In this document: piece after piece, positions 17,204-32,305 of the stretch
Position numbering within the stretch: position 1 is the first letter of the stretch
Layout: every line of letters begins with the position of its first letter
Assembly: GCA_963664875.1 (NCBI GenBank)
Contig: OY761611.1
Span: 2,912,001-2,976,000, forward strand
Source of the DNA: Candidatus Kapaibacterium sp.
Lineage (GTDB): Bacteria > Bacteroidota > Ignavibacteria > Kapaibacteriales > UBA2268
DNA: 64,000 nucleotides
Direction of reading: 5' to 3'
Made by a program: the position numbers and the translations under genes
Notes under the pieces: model-generated
What the model was told of the DNA's origin: nothing
The model's database searches: none
The model's input: only the letters and a program-made list of their open reading frames with translations

Positions 17204-17209
17204 TCAAAT

Positions 17210-17407
17210 ATGACACAGATAATTATGCTGGGTAAAATCAAAATATTCGCCAACGAAGTCGCCGGTGAAATGAAAAAAGTACATTGGCCGACTAAAGAGC
17301 AACTAAAAGAGTCAACCAAGGTTGTAATAGTAACAACTTTGGTTATAAGTGCATTGGTAATGGTTATCGATCAGATAGCTACTTACGGAATGGGCTTGCT
17401 CTTCTAA
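17210..17407 (+). CDS. secE: Preprotein translocase SecE (start may be ATG 17225)
   Basis: EMKKVHWPT motif plus TM helix; upstream of nusG. Confidence 0.93.
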   Translation: MTQIIMLGKIKIFANEVAGEMKKVHWPTKEQLKESTKVVIVTTLVISALVMVIDQIATYGMGLLF

Positions 17408-17451
17408 TTATTGCACTGCATCTTTTAAACATTTATCTTATATAAGGTATT

Positions 17452-18027
17452 ATGAGTTTGGATCAAAATATATATACCGGTTATTTTTCCGACGAGCATA
17501 AGTGGTATGCTGTCCGAACTTTTACCGGTCATGAGGCAAAAGTAAAACAGGCGATTGAGTCTGAGGTAAAAAGACTTGGTTTGAGCGACAGAGTCAAAGA
17601 GGTTGTTATTCCTCAGGAAACTGTTTTCGAAGTAAGAAACGGTAAACGTCGAACTAAAGTGAAAAACTTTTTGCCGGGCTATATATTAGTCCATACTATT
17701 ATGGATAAAAAAGTTAAAGATGTTATTCAAAACCTTCAAGGTGTTGTGAGCTTTGTAGGCAGAAGAAATGATGCTACTCCTCTGCAACAATCCGAAGTTG
17801 ACAGAATCATCGGAAGGGTAGAGGAACGCAAAGATCTCGCTACTGTGGATACAGCTTTCTCAGTGGGCGACCCTATCAAAGTTATTGACGGTCCTTTCTC
17901 TACGTTTAGCGGTATTGTAAAAGAAGTTAACGAAGAGAAGCAAAAACTGAAAGTAGAAGTCGGTATCCTCGGAAGGAAAACTCCGGTAGAATTAGATTTT
18001 AGCCAAGTAGAACTAGAAAGTCACTAA
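17452..18027 (+). CDS. nusG: Transcription factor NusG
   Basis: KWYAVRTFTGHE, FLPGYILV, KOW VIDGPF, GRKTPVELDFSQVE. Confidence 0.97.
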   Translation: MSLDQNIYTGYFSDEHKWYAVRTFTGHEAKVKQAIESEVKRLGLSDRVKEVVIPQETVFEVRNGKRRTKVKNFLPGYILVHTIMDKKVKDVIQNLQGVVSFVGRRNDATPLQQSEVDRIIGRVEERKDLATVDTAFSVGDPIKVIDGPFSTFSGIVKEVNEEKQKLKVEVGILGRKTPVELDFSQVELESH

Positions 18028-18074
18028 GCAAAAATTCAAATAAAATATATTCACATTTCCGGTGAAAGAATAAA

Positions 18075-18500
18075 ATGGCAAAGAAAGTAGCAGGTTCGTT
18101 TAAGCTCCAGCTAAAAGCTGGTGAAGCAACTATGGCTCCACCTGTTGGTCCGGCTTTTGGTCAACGTGGTTTGAATGGTATGGAATTCGTTAAACAGTTC
18201 AATGGTAAAACTGCAAAAGATAAAGGTTTTATATTGCCTGTTTTAGTAACGTTCTATTCAGACAAATCGTTTGTCTTTGATATCAAAACTCCTCCTGCAG
18301 CATTCCTTATCAAAAGAGAAATTGGTTTGGAAACTGGTTCTGCAGAGCCTAACAAGAAAAAAGTCGGCAAAATCACTAAACAACAATGCGAAAATATCGC
18401 TAAAATCAAAATTGTTGACATGAACTGTGACTCTCTTGAAAGTGCAACTAAAATGATCGCAGGCACTGCAAGAGCTATGGGTGTAGTTTACGAAGACTAA
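18075..18500 (+). CDS. rplK: 50S ribosomal protein L11
   Basis: [21 protein letters not shown]. Confidence 0.97.
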   Translation: MAKKVAGSFKLQLKAGEATMAPPVGPAFGQRGLNGMEFVKQFNGKTAKDKGFILPVLVTFYSDKSFVFDIKTPPAAFLIKREIGLETGSAEPNKKKVGKITKQQCENIAKIKIVDMNCDSLESATKMIAGTARAMGVVYED

Positions 18501-18542
18501 TTCCGCGAAGAAAAATTATTAACTATAAATATGTGATATACA

Positions 18543-19250
18543 ATGAAATCTCGTGGTAAAAGATATGATGCCGTCGCTAAAACTATAGATAGCAAAAAAG
18601 AATACAGCTTGACTGAAGCTGTTGAAGCTGTCAGAAAATCTGCGACTGCTAAATTCGATGAATCATTCGATATTGCAATGAAGCTTGGAGTTGACCCGAG
18701 AAAAGCTGACCAGATGGTCCGCGGTACAGTTTCATTGCCGAATGGAACAGGTAAATCTGTTAGAGTTTTGGTGCTTTGTAAAGCTCCAAAAGATCAAGAA
18801 GCATTAGCTGCAGGTGCAGAATATGCAGGCTTGGAAGAATATGTAGAAAAAATCAAAGGCGGCTGGGCTGACGTTGATGTAATTATCGCTACTCCTGATG
18901 TAATGGGTGAAGTTGGTAAATTAGGTCGTATCTTAGGTCCTCGTGGTCTTATGCCAAATCCTAAAGTAGGTACTGTTACTCTTGACGTTGCTAAAGCTGT
19001 TCAGGAAGTAAAAGCAGGTAAAATCGAATACCGTGTTGACAAAACTGGTAATATTCATGCCTCTATAGGTAAATGTTCATTTGATTCTGAAAAGTTAGTA
19101 GAAAACCTTAACGCTTTTTATTCTAAAATATTAAAAGCTAAGCCTTCTACTGCAAAAGGCAAATACGTGAAAAGCGTGTTCTTGTCTTCTACTATGGGAC
19201 CAAGTGTCGGTGTAGAAGAATTGTCTTTCAAAGTCATTGACGTTGAATAA
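18543..19250 (+). CDS. rplA: 50S ribosomal protein L1
   Basis: [28 protein letters not shown]. Confidence 0.98.
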   Translation: MKSRGKRYDAVAKTIDSKKEYSLTEAVEAVRKSATAKFDESFDIAMKLGVDPRKADQMVRGTVSLPNGTGKSVRVLVLCKAPKDQEALAAGAEYAGLEEYVEKIKGGWADVDVIIATPDVMGEVGKLGRILGPRGLMPNPKVGTVTLDVAKAVQEVKAGKIEYRVDKTGNIHASIGKCSFDSEKLVENLNAFYSKILKAKPSTAKGKYVKSVFLSSTMGPSVGVEELSFKVIDVE

Positions 19251-19260
19251 TAAAAAAAAT

Positions 19261-19340
19261 TAAGACTATTACGCATAATAATATGTACGGCTTTTTCGCT
19301 GCTTCTCCCGTAGTAAATTTTACTAAGGGTGCGATAAGTC
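19261..19340 (+). promoter_or_regulatory. Probable L10 autoregulatory leader RNA
   Basis: Begins TAAGAC; GACTATTACGCA pairs with TGCGATAAGTC; lies upstream of rplJ. Confidence 0.45.
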
Positions 19341-19371
19341 AAATTGAGAGAAAAACAAAGGTAAATGGCTA

Positions 19372-19905
19372 ATGATCTCTAAATCAAAAAAAACGGATAT
19401 CGTTGCCGGATTAGTTGAATTGCTAAAAGATGCTACAGGTATCTACTTTGTTGATTATGCTACAATGACAGTCGCACAAACTGGTGCTTTCCGCTCTACT
19501 TTGAGAGAAAAAGGCATCATCATGCGCGTAGCTAAAAACACTTTGATTAGAAGAGCTTTAGATGAAATCGGTGGTTATGAAAACATGCCAATCGAAGCCA
19601 CTAAAGGACAGACTGCTATGATTATCAGTTATGATGATCCTACAGCTCCTTCTAAGATAATCAAAGAATCAATGAAAAAATTAGAAAAACCTGTTTACAA
19701 AGCAGCTGTTCTCGAAGGCGAATTCTTTGACAGTACTAAACTTGAAGTACTTTCTACATTGCCTTCTAAACAAGATCTTTATGCTGCTATCGTTGGCTCA
19801 ATTGGTTCGCCGGCATCAGGTATCGTTGGTGCTATCAACGCAGTAATGCGCGACGTTGCGTCGTTGGTAGAAGAAGTTGCTAAAAAGCAAAATAACGTTG
19901 CATAA
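19372..19905 (+). CDS. rplJ: 50S ribosomal protein L10
   Basis: VAKNTL, LSTLPSK; synteny. Confidence 0.95.
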   Translation: MISKSKKTDIVAGLVELLKDATGIYFVDYATMTVAQTGAFRSTLREKGIIMRVAKNTLIRRALDEIGGYENMPIEATKGQTAMIISYDDPTAPSKIIKESMKKLEKPVYKAAVLEGEFFDSTKLEVLSTLPSKQDLYAAIVGSIGSPASGIVGAINAVMRDVASLVEEVAKKQNNVA

Positions 19906-19979
19906 AACACGTAGTTGATGCAATAGAAAAATATTCTAAATAAGTAAATAGTCAATAAATAATTTATAAAGGTGATAAT

Positions 19980-20363
19980 ATGACACCGATCGTTCAAGAA
20001 TTGCTTGAAAAAATTGGTAATTTAACATTAGTTGAAGCTGCTGAACTTAAAGAAGCTATGGAAGAAAAATTTGGCGTAACTGCTGCTGCTCCTGTAATGA
20101 TGGGTGGCGCTATGCCGGTAGCTGCTGCAGCTGAAGAAGCAGCTGAAGAAAAAACTGAGTTCGACGTAGAATTGACTGAAATCGGCGACAAAAAATTGAA
20201 CATCATCAAAATCGTTCGCGAACTTACAGGCCTTGGCTTGAAAGAAGCTAAAGATTTAGTTGAATCTGCTCCAAAAGTAATCAAAGAAGCTTGCACTAAA
20301 GAAGAAGCTGAAGCTCTTAAAAAACAACTTGAAGAAGCAGGCGCTAAAGCTAACCTTAAATAA
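19980..20363 (+). CDS. rplL: 50S ribosomal protein L7/L12
   Basis: [30 protein letters not shown]. Confidence 0.98.
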   Translation: MTPIVQELLEKIGNLTLVEAAELKEAMEEKFGVTAAAPVMMGGAMPVAAAAEEAAEEKTEFDVELTEIGDKKLNIIKIVRELTGLGLKEAKDLVESAPKVIKEACTKEEAEALKKQLEEAGAKANLK

Positions 20364-20385
20364 GCCTAAGCCAGATATTTTAAAC

Positions 20386-20425
20386 GGGGCAAGCGGTTCT
20401 CTTAAAAAAATCGCTTCCCCTTTTT
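20386..20425 (+). terminator. Terminator/attenuator between rplL and rpoB
   Basis: GGGG(C)AAGCGG...TCGCTTCCCC followed by TTTTT. Confidence 0.75.
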
Positions 20426-20536
20426 CTCATTTAGGTTTTTTACGTTTTTCTTTATATGAAGTGTAAAACACTATTTGCCGCCGGTTTTTTCTAATATAAG
20501 TTAAGAAATAGATGAGAAATTTACTAATAAAATTTG

Positions 20537-20586
20537 AATAGGATTTTTTGATAATTCACATGCCTGAATTATCAAAAAATCCTATT
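20537..20586. repeat. Perfect 22-bp inverted repeat in the rpoB leader
   Basis: AATAGGATTTTTTGATAATTCA-catgcc-TGAATTATCAAAAAATCCTATT. Confidence 0.95.
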
Positions 20587-20620
20587 TTTTTCGTAATGTA
20601 TTCAAGCGAGGAGGTGTTCC

Positions 20621-24532
<3,912 letters not shown>

Positions 24533-24632
24533 CTTAGCCGGGCAAACATGTTTGCCTTGCAAAAGGGAATTAAGCAATAGAAAAATTATAATAAGAAATC
24601 AAAAAAGTAGAATAAATTTATAGAGGACACCC

Positions 24633-27600
24633 ATGCAATCTATGGCTATACCAAGGCGAGGATTTAGAAAAATCTCGATCAAAATAGCTTCTCCGGATGA
24701 TATTTTGAATCGTTCGCATGGTGAGGTAACTAAACCTGAAACTATAAATTATAGATCTTTCAGACCTGAAAAGGATGGTCTATTTTGCGAGAAAATCTTT
24801 GGTCCTATCAGAGATTGGGAATGTGCCTGCGGTAAATACAAAAGAATCAGATACAAAGGTATTGTCTGCGACCGTTGCGGTGTAGAAGTTACCCAAAAAT
24901 CGGTTCGCCGCGAAAGAATGGGGCATATAATGCTTGCCGTTCCTGTGGTACATATCTGGTTTTTACGCACTTTGCCAAGCAAAATCAGTGCAATTTTAGG
25001 TATGCCGACTAAAGATGTCGAACGCGTAGTTTATTACGAATCATATATAGTTGTACAACCTGGTCGCACAGGTTTGCAGAAAAAAGACTTACTTACAGAA
25101 GAGCAGTATCTCGATGTGTTGGATTCTTTAACTAAAGAAGACCACGAGTTGGATGATGAAGATCCAAACAAATTTATTGCTCTTATCGGTGGTGAAGCTT
25201 TGAAGGAAATGCTCAAAAGAGTAGAACCTGAAAAAGAATACTTCGATTTGAAGGAAAGTCTAAAAACTGAAACTTCTCAGCAGAAAAAAGCTGATTTGCT
25301 AAAACGACTAAGAGTACTCGATGCTTTCAGACAAAGCCAGGAGGGTGAATTCCCGAATGAGCCAAGCTGGATGGTATTAGATGTTATTCCGGTAATTCCT
25401 CCGGATTTGCGTCCTTTGGTGCCTTTAGAAGGTGGTAGATTTGCTACTTCTGATTTAAATGACCTTTACCGTCGTGTTATCATCAGAAATAACCGTCTGA
25501 AAAGACTTATAGATATTAAAGCTCCTGAAGTTATCCTTAGAAACGAAAAGCGTATGCTTCAGGAATCTGTAGATGCACTTTTTGATAACAGCCGTCGTGC
25601 AGTTAGAAGTGAATCACAGAGAGCTCTCAAATCGCTTGCCGATACTTTGAAAGGTAAGACAGGCCGTTTCCGTCAGAACTTACTTGGTAAACGTGTTGAC
25701 TATTCAGGTCGTTCGGTTATCGTTGTTGGTCCTGAATTGAAACTTCATGAATGCGGTCTTCCGAAAGATATGGCAGTCGAATTGTTCAAACCGTTTATTA
25801 TTAGAAAGCTTATCGAACGCGGTCACGTTAAGACTGTGAAAAGTGCTAAGAAAATGGTTGAACGCAAAACTAATGAAGTATGGGATATCCTAGAAAAAGT
25901 GATCGAAGGTCACCCGGTAATGCTAAACCGTGCTCCTACGCTTCACAGATTGGGTATCCAAGCATTCCAGCCAAGGCTGATTGAAGGTAAAGCTATTCAG
26001 CTGCACCCATTGGTTTGTACTGCATTCAACGCCGACTTTGACGGTGACCAGATGGCAGTTCACTTGCCAATTTCCCATGAAGCACAGTTGGAAGCATTGC
26101 TCTTGATACTTGCTCCGCATAACATCATGCACACTCAGAACGGTAATCCAATCGCCGTACCTTCTCAGGATATGGTACTTGGTGCTTACTATCTGACAAA
26201 ATTGAAAAAAGGAGCTCCGGGAGAAGGCAAATTCTTTGCTTCTAAAGATGAAGTTGTTATTGCTCATAACTCTGACAAAGTACATCTTCATGCAAAAATC
26301 AAAGTAAGATACAATGGCACAGTGCTTGAAACTACTGTTGGTCGTATCTTGTTGAATGATATTGTGCCGGAAGAATTAGGCTATATCAATGAAGTATTGA
26401 CGAAAAAACGTTTGCGTCAGATTATTGGTGTTTGTTTCCGCCAGGCTGGTCTTGCTAAAACAGTTGTTTTCCTTGACAGCCTTAAAGAAATGGGCTTTAC
26501 TTATGCAACTCGCGGTGGTCTTTCTGTAAGTATCCACGACGTTGTAATACCTGACGATAAAATGACTATTATTTCTGCTACGCAGGATAAAATTGATACT
26601 ATCGAATCTGCATATACTAATGGTGTTATTTCCAGTGGTGAACGTTATAACAAAATCATCGATAACTGGTCGAACGCTACTAACAAAATTGCAGATAAAC
26701 TATATAATGAATTATCAAAAGACAAAGACGGCTTCAATACATTCTGGATGATGCTTGACTCACAAGCCCGCGGTTCAAAAGAGCAGATTCGTCAGCTTGC
26801 AGGTATGCGTGGTCTAATGGGTAAACCTAAAAAATCATTATCCGGCTCAACAGGCGAATTGATTGAAAACCCGATTATGTCTAACTTCAAAGAAGGCCTT
26901 TCTATCCTTGAGTACTTTATCTCTACTCACGGTGCTCGTAAAGGTTTGGCGGATACAGCATTGAAAACTGCCGATGCAGGTTACTTGACAAGACGTTTGC
27001 ACGACGTAGCTCAGGATGTGATTATCTCCGAACAGGATTGCGGCACTATACGTGGTGTAGAAATGACTGCACTCAAAGATGGCGAAGAAATCAAAGAACC
27101 GCTTTACGAAAGAATTCTTGGTCGTACTGCTCTATTCGATGTAGTAGATCCGATTACTAACCAAGTACTTTGCAAAGCAGGTGAAATGATTACAGAACAG
27201 GTAGCAAGAATTATCGAAGCGTCAGCTATCGAAAGAGTTGTTATCCGTTCGGTGCTTACTTGCGAATCGCGTCGCGGTGTTTGTGCGAGATGTTACGGTA
27301 GTAACATGGCTACAAGCAAACAGGTTGACGAAGGCGAAGCAGTAGGTACTATAGCTTCTCAGTCAATTGGTGAGCCTGGTACTCAGCTTACTTTGCGTAC
27401 GTTCCACACAGGTGGTACTGCTGCATTGATTGCTTCCCAGTCATCAGTTGTAGCTAAATTTGAAGGTAAAATCAAATTCGAAAATATTAGAATTATCAGT
27501 TACGAAGGCGACGATGGTCTAATCCAAATCGTAGTAAGCCGTAGTGGTGAAATTCATATCGTAGATCCTGAGTCAGACAGAACCCTTACTAAATACGATG

Positions 27601-28895
27601 CAACTTATGGTGCAGAACTGTTAGTAAACGAAGGTGACATCGTCAAAAAAGGTCAGATGATTTATGAGTGGGATCCTTACAATGCTTCTATCGTAACTGA
27701 AGCTACAGGTCGTGTGAGATATAGAGATTTGTTACAAAACGTAACATATCGCGAAGTAAACGACGAACAGACAGGGCACATTACAAAAGTTGTTACTGAC
27801 TCTCGCGACAGAACTAAAGCACCTGCAATCGAAATCATAGATGAAGATGGACAGGTACTAAAAACATACAATATTCCAACACGCGCTCAGCTTAGAGTTG
27901 ATGACGATGAGATGGTAACAATCGGTTCTCCATTGGTTAAAATACCTCGTGATTTGGGTCGTACCCGAGATATCACAGGTGGTTTGCCACGAGTAACTGA
28001 ATTGTTTGAGGCAAGAGCTCCTCAAAATCCTGCATCAGTATCCGATATTGATGGTATCGTATCATTTGGTAAGCAAAAACGTGGGCAGCGTGTAGTAGTA
28101 ATTACTTCATTAGACGAAAAAACTGTGATGGAATACAGCGTGCCTATCGGTAAATACATCCTTGTCCAGGAAAGTGACTTCGTACGCGCAGGTGACAGAC
28201 TGACAGAAGGTTCTATCAATCCTCATGATATTTTGAGAATCAAAGGACCACACGCCGTACAGGAATACTTAGTAAATGAGATTCAGGACGTTTACCGTAT
28301 GCAGGGTGTAAAAATCAACGACAAACACATTGAAGTGATTGTACGCCAAATGTTGCAGAAAGTAAAAATAGTTGACTCAGGTGACTCTACATTCTTGGAA
28401 AATGATAACGTTGACAGATTGCGTTTCAAAGATGAAAATGATAAATTGAAAGCAATGGTAGTAATCACAGAAAAAGGTGATTCTAAGTTCAACGAAAATT
28501 ATTTGATGTCAAGAAAGAAAGTTAGAGAAGCTAACAGAGAGCTCAAAAAGCAAGGATTAAGAGCTGCAGGTTTCAGACCTGCAGAGCCGGCAGTGTCAGT
28601 ACCTATATTATTAGGTATCACTCAGGCATCTTTGACTACTGAAAGCTGGCTGTCTGCCTCTTCATTCCAGGAGACAACAAGAGTACTTTCTGATGCTTCA
28701 ATCGCCGGAAAGGTTGACAATCTGGTCGGTTTGAAAGAAAATATTATCTTAGGTCAGCTTATACCTGCAGGTACCGGACTCAGAGAGTACCAGGAAATGT
28801 TGGTAACAAGCCATGTAGGAAATATTTTTGGAAGACCGGTAGAAGACCAGTACAACGAAACTGCTATTTCTAAAAGAGAAAAGCCGGCATTGTAA
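24633..28895 (+). CDS. rpoC: RNA polymerase beta' subunit
   Basis: [12 protein letters not shown] active site, zinc finger CACGKYK...CDRCGVE. Confidence 0.99.
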   Translation: MQSMAIPRRGFRKISIKIASPDDILNRSHGEVTKPETINYRSFRPEKDGLFCEKIFGPIRDWECACGKYKRIRYKGIVCDRCGVEVTQKSVRRERMGHIMLAVPVVHIWFLRTLPSKISAILGMPTKDVERVVYYESYIVVQPGRTGLQKKDLLTEEQYLDVLDSLTKEDHELDDEDPNKFIALIGGEALKEMLKRVEPEKEYFDLKESLKTETSQQKKADLLKRLRVLDAFRQSQEGEFPNEPSWMVLDVIPVIPPDLRPLVPLEGGRFATSDLNDLYRRVIIRNNRLKRLIDIKAPEVILRNEKRMLQESVDALFDNSRRAVRSESQRALKSLADTLKGKTGRFRQNLLGKRVDYSGRSVIVVGPELKLHECGLPKDMAVELFKPFIIRKLIERGHVKTVKSAKKMVERKTNEVWDILEKVIEGHPVMLNRAPTLHRLGIQAFQPRLIEGKAIQLHPLVCTAFNADFDGDQMAVHLPISHEAQLEALLLILAPHNIMHTQNGNPIAVPSQDMVLGAYYLTKLKKGAPGEGKFFASKDEVVIAHNSDKVHLHAKIKVRYNGTVLETTVGRILLNDIVPEELGYINEVLTKKRLRQIIGVCFRQAGLAKTVVFLDSLKEMGFTYATRGGLSVSIHDVVIPDDKMTIISATQDKIDTIESAYTNGVISSGERYNKIIDNWSNATNKIADKLYNELSKDKDGFNTFWMMLDSQARGSKEQIRQLAGMRGLMGKPKKSLSGSTGELIENPIMSNFKEGLSILEYFISTHGARKGLADTALKTADAGYLTRRLHDVAQDVIISEQDCGTIRGVEMTALKDGEEIKEPLYERILGRTALFDVVDPITNQVLCKAGEMITEQVARIIEASAIERVVIRSVLTCESRRGVCARCYGSNMATSKQVDEGEAVGTIASQSIGEPGTQLTLRTFHTGGTAALIASQSSVVAKFEGKIKFENIRIISYEGDDGLIQIVVSRSGEIHIVDPESDRTLTKYDATYGAELLVNEGDIVKKGQMIYEWDPYNASIVTEATGRVRYRDLLQNVTYREVNDEQTGHITKVVTDSRDRTKAPAIEIIDEDGQVLKTYNIPTRAQLRVDDDEMVTIGSPLVKIPRDLGRTRDITGGLPRVTELFEARAPQNPASVSDIDGIVSFGKQKRGQRVVVITSLDEKTVMEYSVPIGKYILVQESDFVRAGDRLTEGSINPHDILRIKGPHAVQEYLVNEIQDVYRMQGVKINDKHIEVIVRQMLQKVKIVDSGDSTFLENDNVDRLRFKDENDKLKAMVVITEKGDSKFNENYLMSRKKVREANRELKKQGLRAAGFRPAEPAVSVPILLGITQASLTTESWLSASSFQETTRVLSDASIAGKVDNLVGLKENIILGQLIPAGTGLREYQEMLVTSHVGNIFGRPVEDQYNETAISKREKPAL

Positions 28896-28911
28896 CTTGT
28901 TATATGACCGC

Positions 28912-28947
28912 AAAAGCCGCTTTTGTAATAGTAAAGCGGCTTTTTTT
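28912..28947 (+). terminator. Intrinsic terminator after rpoC
   Basis: AAAAGCCGCTTT...AAAGCGGCTTTTTTT. Confidence 0.9.
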
Positions 28948-29166
28948 GGTTTAGGAGAAAACAGCAAGTTTTATATAAGCAAATTAATATATTAGTCAAG
29001 CAAAATATTATTTGAAATATCGGCTAAGAAATACACGAAAAATTGATTAAATATTTTGCTTACAATAATTTACATTTGTTATCGCATATAGTGTGATACA
29101 ATAAAAGAAGAAAATCAAAAAAGCTATAGTAATATTATTAATAATTCTATCAGGGTTGGTAAAGAA

Positions 29167-31257
29167 ATGATAGACATTTCAAAAATCAGGAATATCGGTA
29201 TTGCCGCTCACATTGACTCGGGTAAAACAACATTAAGCGAAAGAGTTTTGTTTTACACTGGTAAGATTCACCAAATCATAGAAGTAAGAAGTAAAGGTGG
29301 AAATGGTCCAACTATGGACTCTATGGATTTGGAAAGAGAAAAAGGTATCACTATCCAGTCAGCAGCAACACATGCAGAATGGAAAGGTTACCATTTTAAT
29401 CTTATTGATACTCCGGGCCATATCGATTTTACAGTAGAAGTAGAAAGAGCGCTTCGCGTTTTGGACGGTACTGTTTTGGTACTTTGTGGTGTAGCGGGTG
29501 TACAGTCTCAATCTATCACTGTTGACAGACAGATGAGAAGATATAACGTACCACGCATTGCTTTTATCAATAAAGTAGATCGCCAAGGTGCCAATCCTGA
29601 TAAAGTAGTTAATCAGCTACAGGAAAAATTAAATCACAGACCTGTTCTTCTTACTATGCCTATCGGCTTAGAAGATAACTTCGAAGGTGTTGTTGATCTA
29701 ATCAAAATGAAAGCTATTTACTACCAAGGTGACCAAGGGTCAGAAGTAGTAGAAAAAGACATCCCTGCACACTTAGTAGAAGAAGCTCAGTCAAGAAGAG
29801 CAGCAATGATTGAAATCTTGGCTGACTATGATGATGTTGTTGCAGAAAAATTCCTTGGAGAAGAGGAAGTTTCTATCGAAGAAATCAAAAATGCTATCCG
29901 CGTACACACTATTGCGTTGCACATTACTCCTGTGTTTGTCGGTACAGCGAAAATGAACAAAGGTGTTCAGACAATGCTTGACGGCGTTATAGATTATCTT
30001 CCTGCACCAAACGAAGTAAAAAATATCGCTTTGGATTTGGATGATAACGAAGCCGAAGTTGCTATGAACAACGATCCAAACAAACCTGCAGTACTTCTTG
30101 CGTTTAAATTGGAAGACGGTCAGTATGGCCAGCTTACATATATGCGTATATATCAAGGTTCTGTAAAGAAAGGTGATTTTATTTATAATGCTGCAAACGG
30201 CAAAAAAGTAAAAATCCCTCGTCTTGTGAGAATGCACGCAAGCGAAATGCAGGAAATCGAAGAAGCTTCAGCAGGCGACATCGTAGCATTGTTTGGTGTA
30301 GATTGTGCATCTGGTGATACTTTCACTGATGGCAAAGTAAACTATTCTATGACTTCAATGTTTGTACCTTCTCCGGTAATCGAATTATCTGTGAAGCCAA
30401 AAGAAAGATCAGCTCAGGCTAACTTCTCTAAAGCTATGAACAGATTCCAAAAAGAAGACCCAACATTTAGAGTTTATCGCGATGACGAATCCGGTGAAAC
30501 TATTATGTGTGGTATGGGCGAGCTTCACTTGGATATCTATGTAGAACGTATCCGTAGAGAGTACAATTGCGAAATCGTAGTTGGTCAGCCAAAAGTTGCA
30601 TATAGAGAAACAATCACAACTCGCGCTGATTATGATTATACTCACAAAAAACAATCAGGTGGTTCAGGTCAGTATGCAAGAGTTGCAGGTTACATCGAAC
30701 CATTACCGGCAGACAGTGCAGAACCATACGAATTTTCAAACAAAATCGTTGGTGGTGTTATCTCTAAAGAATACATCCCTGCCTGCGATAATGGCTTTAA
30801 AGAACAGCTTGCAGAAGGTGTATTGATCAAACAGCCTTTGGTAAATGTAAAAGTAGAATTAAATGACGGTTCTATGCACTCTGTGGACTCCTCGGATATG
30901 GCGTTCAAACTAGCAGCACGTGCAGCAATCAGACAGGCAGCTTCAAAAGCACAACCTGTAATTTTGGAACCAATCATGAAACTGGAAGTATCAGCTCCGG
31001 AAGAATTCCAGGGCGTGATTATTGGTCAGCTCAATCAAAGACGTGGTATAATTATCAATACTTCGATCGACGCAGGCTATGTAACAATAGATTCAGAAGT
31101 GCCTTTGAAAGAAATGTTTGGTTATTCTTCTGATTTAAGAGGTTCGACTCAGGGTAAAGGCGAATTTACAATGGAATTTGCTAAATATATGCCAGTGCCT
31201 AAGAGCGTACAAGAAGAAATCATCAAAGAATATCAAGAGTCAGAAAAAAATAAATAA
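29167..31257 (+). CDS. fusA: Elongation factor G, spdEFG1/mitochondrial EF-G1-like paralog
   Basis: [34 protein letters not shown], intact domain [12 protein letters not shown] and [10 protein letters not shown]. Confidence 0.93.
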   Translation: MIDISKIRNIGIAAHIDSGKTTLSERVLFYTGKIHQIIEVRSKGGNGPTMDSMDLEREKGITIQSAATHAEWKGYHFNLIDTPGHIDFTVEVERALRVLDGTVLVLCGVAGVQSQSITVDRQMRRYNVPRIAFINKVDRQGANPDKVVNQLQEKLNHRPVLLTMPIGLEDNFEGVVDLIKMKAIYYQGDQGSEVVEKDIPAHLVEEAQSRRAAMIEILADYDDVVAEKFLGEEEVSIEEIKNAIRVHTIALHITPVFVGTAKMNKGVQTMLDGVIDYLPAPNEVKNIALDLDDNEAEVAMNNDPNKPAVLLAFKLEDGQYGQLTYMRIYQGSVKKGDFIYNAANGKKVKIPRLVRMHASEMQEIEEASAGDIVALFGVDCASGDTFTDGKVNYSMTSMFVPSPVIELSVKPKERSAQANFSKAMNRFQKEDPTFRVYRDDESGETIMCGMGELHLDIYVERIRREYNCEIVVGQPKVAYRETITTRADYDYTHKKQSGGSGQYARVAGYIEPLPADSAEPYEFSNKIVGGVISKEYIPACDNGFKEQLAEGVLIKQPLVNVKVELNDGSMHSVDSSDMAFKLAARAAIRQAASKAQPVILEPIMKLEVSAPEEFQGVIIGQLNQRRGIIINTSIDAGYVTIDSEVPLKEMFGYSSDLRGSTQGKGEFTMEFAKYMPVPKSVQEEIIKEYQESEKNK

Positions 31258-31287
31258 GTACCTGAAAAATAAATATTTTAAAAAATA

Positions 31288-31319
31288 TTTGACTAAGTGG
31301 CAAAATGTTTGTATATTTG
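31288..31319 (+). promoter_or_regulatory. Promoter of the str operon
   Basis: TTTG-N20-TATATTTG upstream of rpsL. Confidence 0.7.
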
Positions 31320-31381
31320 CAAGCTCTGTCACCCTAGGTATATTGTATATATGTATATAGATTTGTAAATGGAGTAGTTGA

Positions 31382-31756
31382 GTGCCTACTATAAGTCAAT
31401 TAATCCGTAAGGGAAGAAAGAAATCACACTATAAAAGTGATTCTCCTGCTCTTAACTCATGCCCGCAAAGACGCGGTGTATGTACTAGGGTTTATACCAC
31501 TACACCTAAAAAACCAAACTCTGCATTGCGTAAAGTAGCGCGTGTTAGATTGACAAGTGGTTTTGAGGTTACTGCGTATATTCCCGGCGAAGGCCATAAT
31601 TTGCAAGAGCACTCTATCGTATTCGTAAGAGGCGGTAGGGTAAAAGATCTTCCAGGTGTGCGTTATCACATCGTACGAGGTACTGCCGACACGCAAGGTG
31701 TAGATGGCAGAAAGCAAGGCAGGTCTAAGTATGGAACTAAAAGACCTAAAAAATAA
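31382..31756 (+). CDS. rpsL: 30S ribosomal protein S12
   Basis: [22 protein letters not shown]. Confidence 0.99.
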   Translation: MPTISQLIRKGRKKSHYKSDSPALNSCPQRRGVCTRVYTTTPKKPNSALRKVARVRLTSGFEVTAYIPGEGHNLQEHSIVFVRGGRVKDLPGVRYHIVRGTADTQGVDGRKQGRSKYGTKRPKK

Positions 31757-31788
31757 TCGTTTTTAATCAATGATGCGTTAGAAAAAAA

Positions 31789-32256
31789 ATGAGAAAAAGA
31801 AGAGCAGAAAAGAGAAGATTATTGCCTGATCCAATGTACAATGATGTACTTGTAACAAGATTTATCAATAATCTTATGCTTCATGGTAAGAAAAATACCG
31901 CTCGTTCATTGGTTTACGAAGCATTTGAAATCGTAGCTCAAAAAACTAAGCAAGAACCATTAGATGTTTTCAAAAAAGCAGTTTCTAATGTTGCTCCGGT
32001 TTTAGAAGTAAGATCAAGAAGAGTAGGTGGTGCTACTTACCAAGTACCGGTGGAAGTTCGCGAGGAAAGACGTATCGCTCTTGCTATCCGCTGGTTAAAA
32101 ACCTATGCTAAAGCTCGCCGTGATAACTCTATGGCACAAAAATTAGCTGCTGAGTTTATGGCTGCTGCTAAAGGCGAAGGTTCATCCGTTAAAAAACGCG
32201 ATGACGTACATAGAATGGCTGAAGCCAACAAAGCTTTTGCTCATTTTAAATGGTAA
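31789..32256 (+). CDS. rpsG: 30S ribosomal protein S7
   Basis: SRRVGGATYQVP, HRMAEANKAFAH. Confidence 0.99.
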   Translation: MRKRRAEKRRLLPDPMYNDVLVTRFINNLMLHGKKNTARSLVYEAFEIVAQKTKQEPLDVFKKAVSNVAPVLEVRSRRVGGATYQVPVEVREERRIALAIRWLKTYAKARRDNSMAQKLAAEFMAAAKGEGSSVKKRDDVHRMAEANKAFAHFKW

Positions 32257-32305
32257 AAAAACTAAATCGTTCTTTGTCAATTAAATTAACCTGACAGTTT
32301 ATATT

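Noticed and set aside
31297-31314. Sigma54-like TGGCA-N-TTG upstream of rpsL
   Set aside because: The -12 GC is replaced by GT, and the site lies within a good housekeeping promoter
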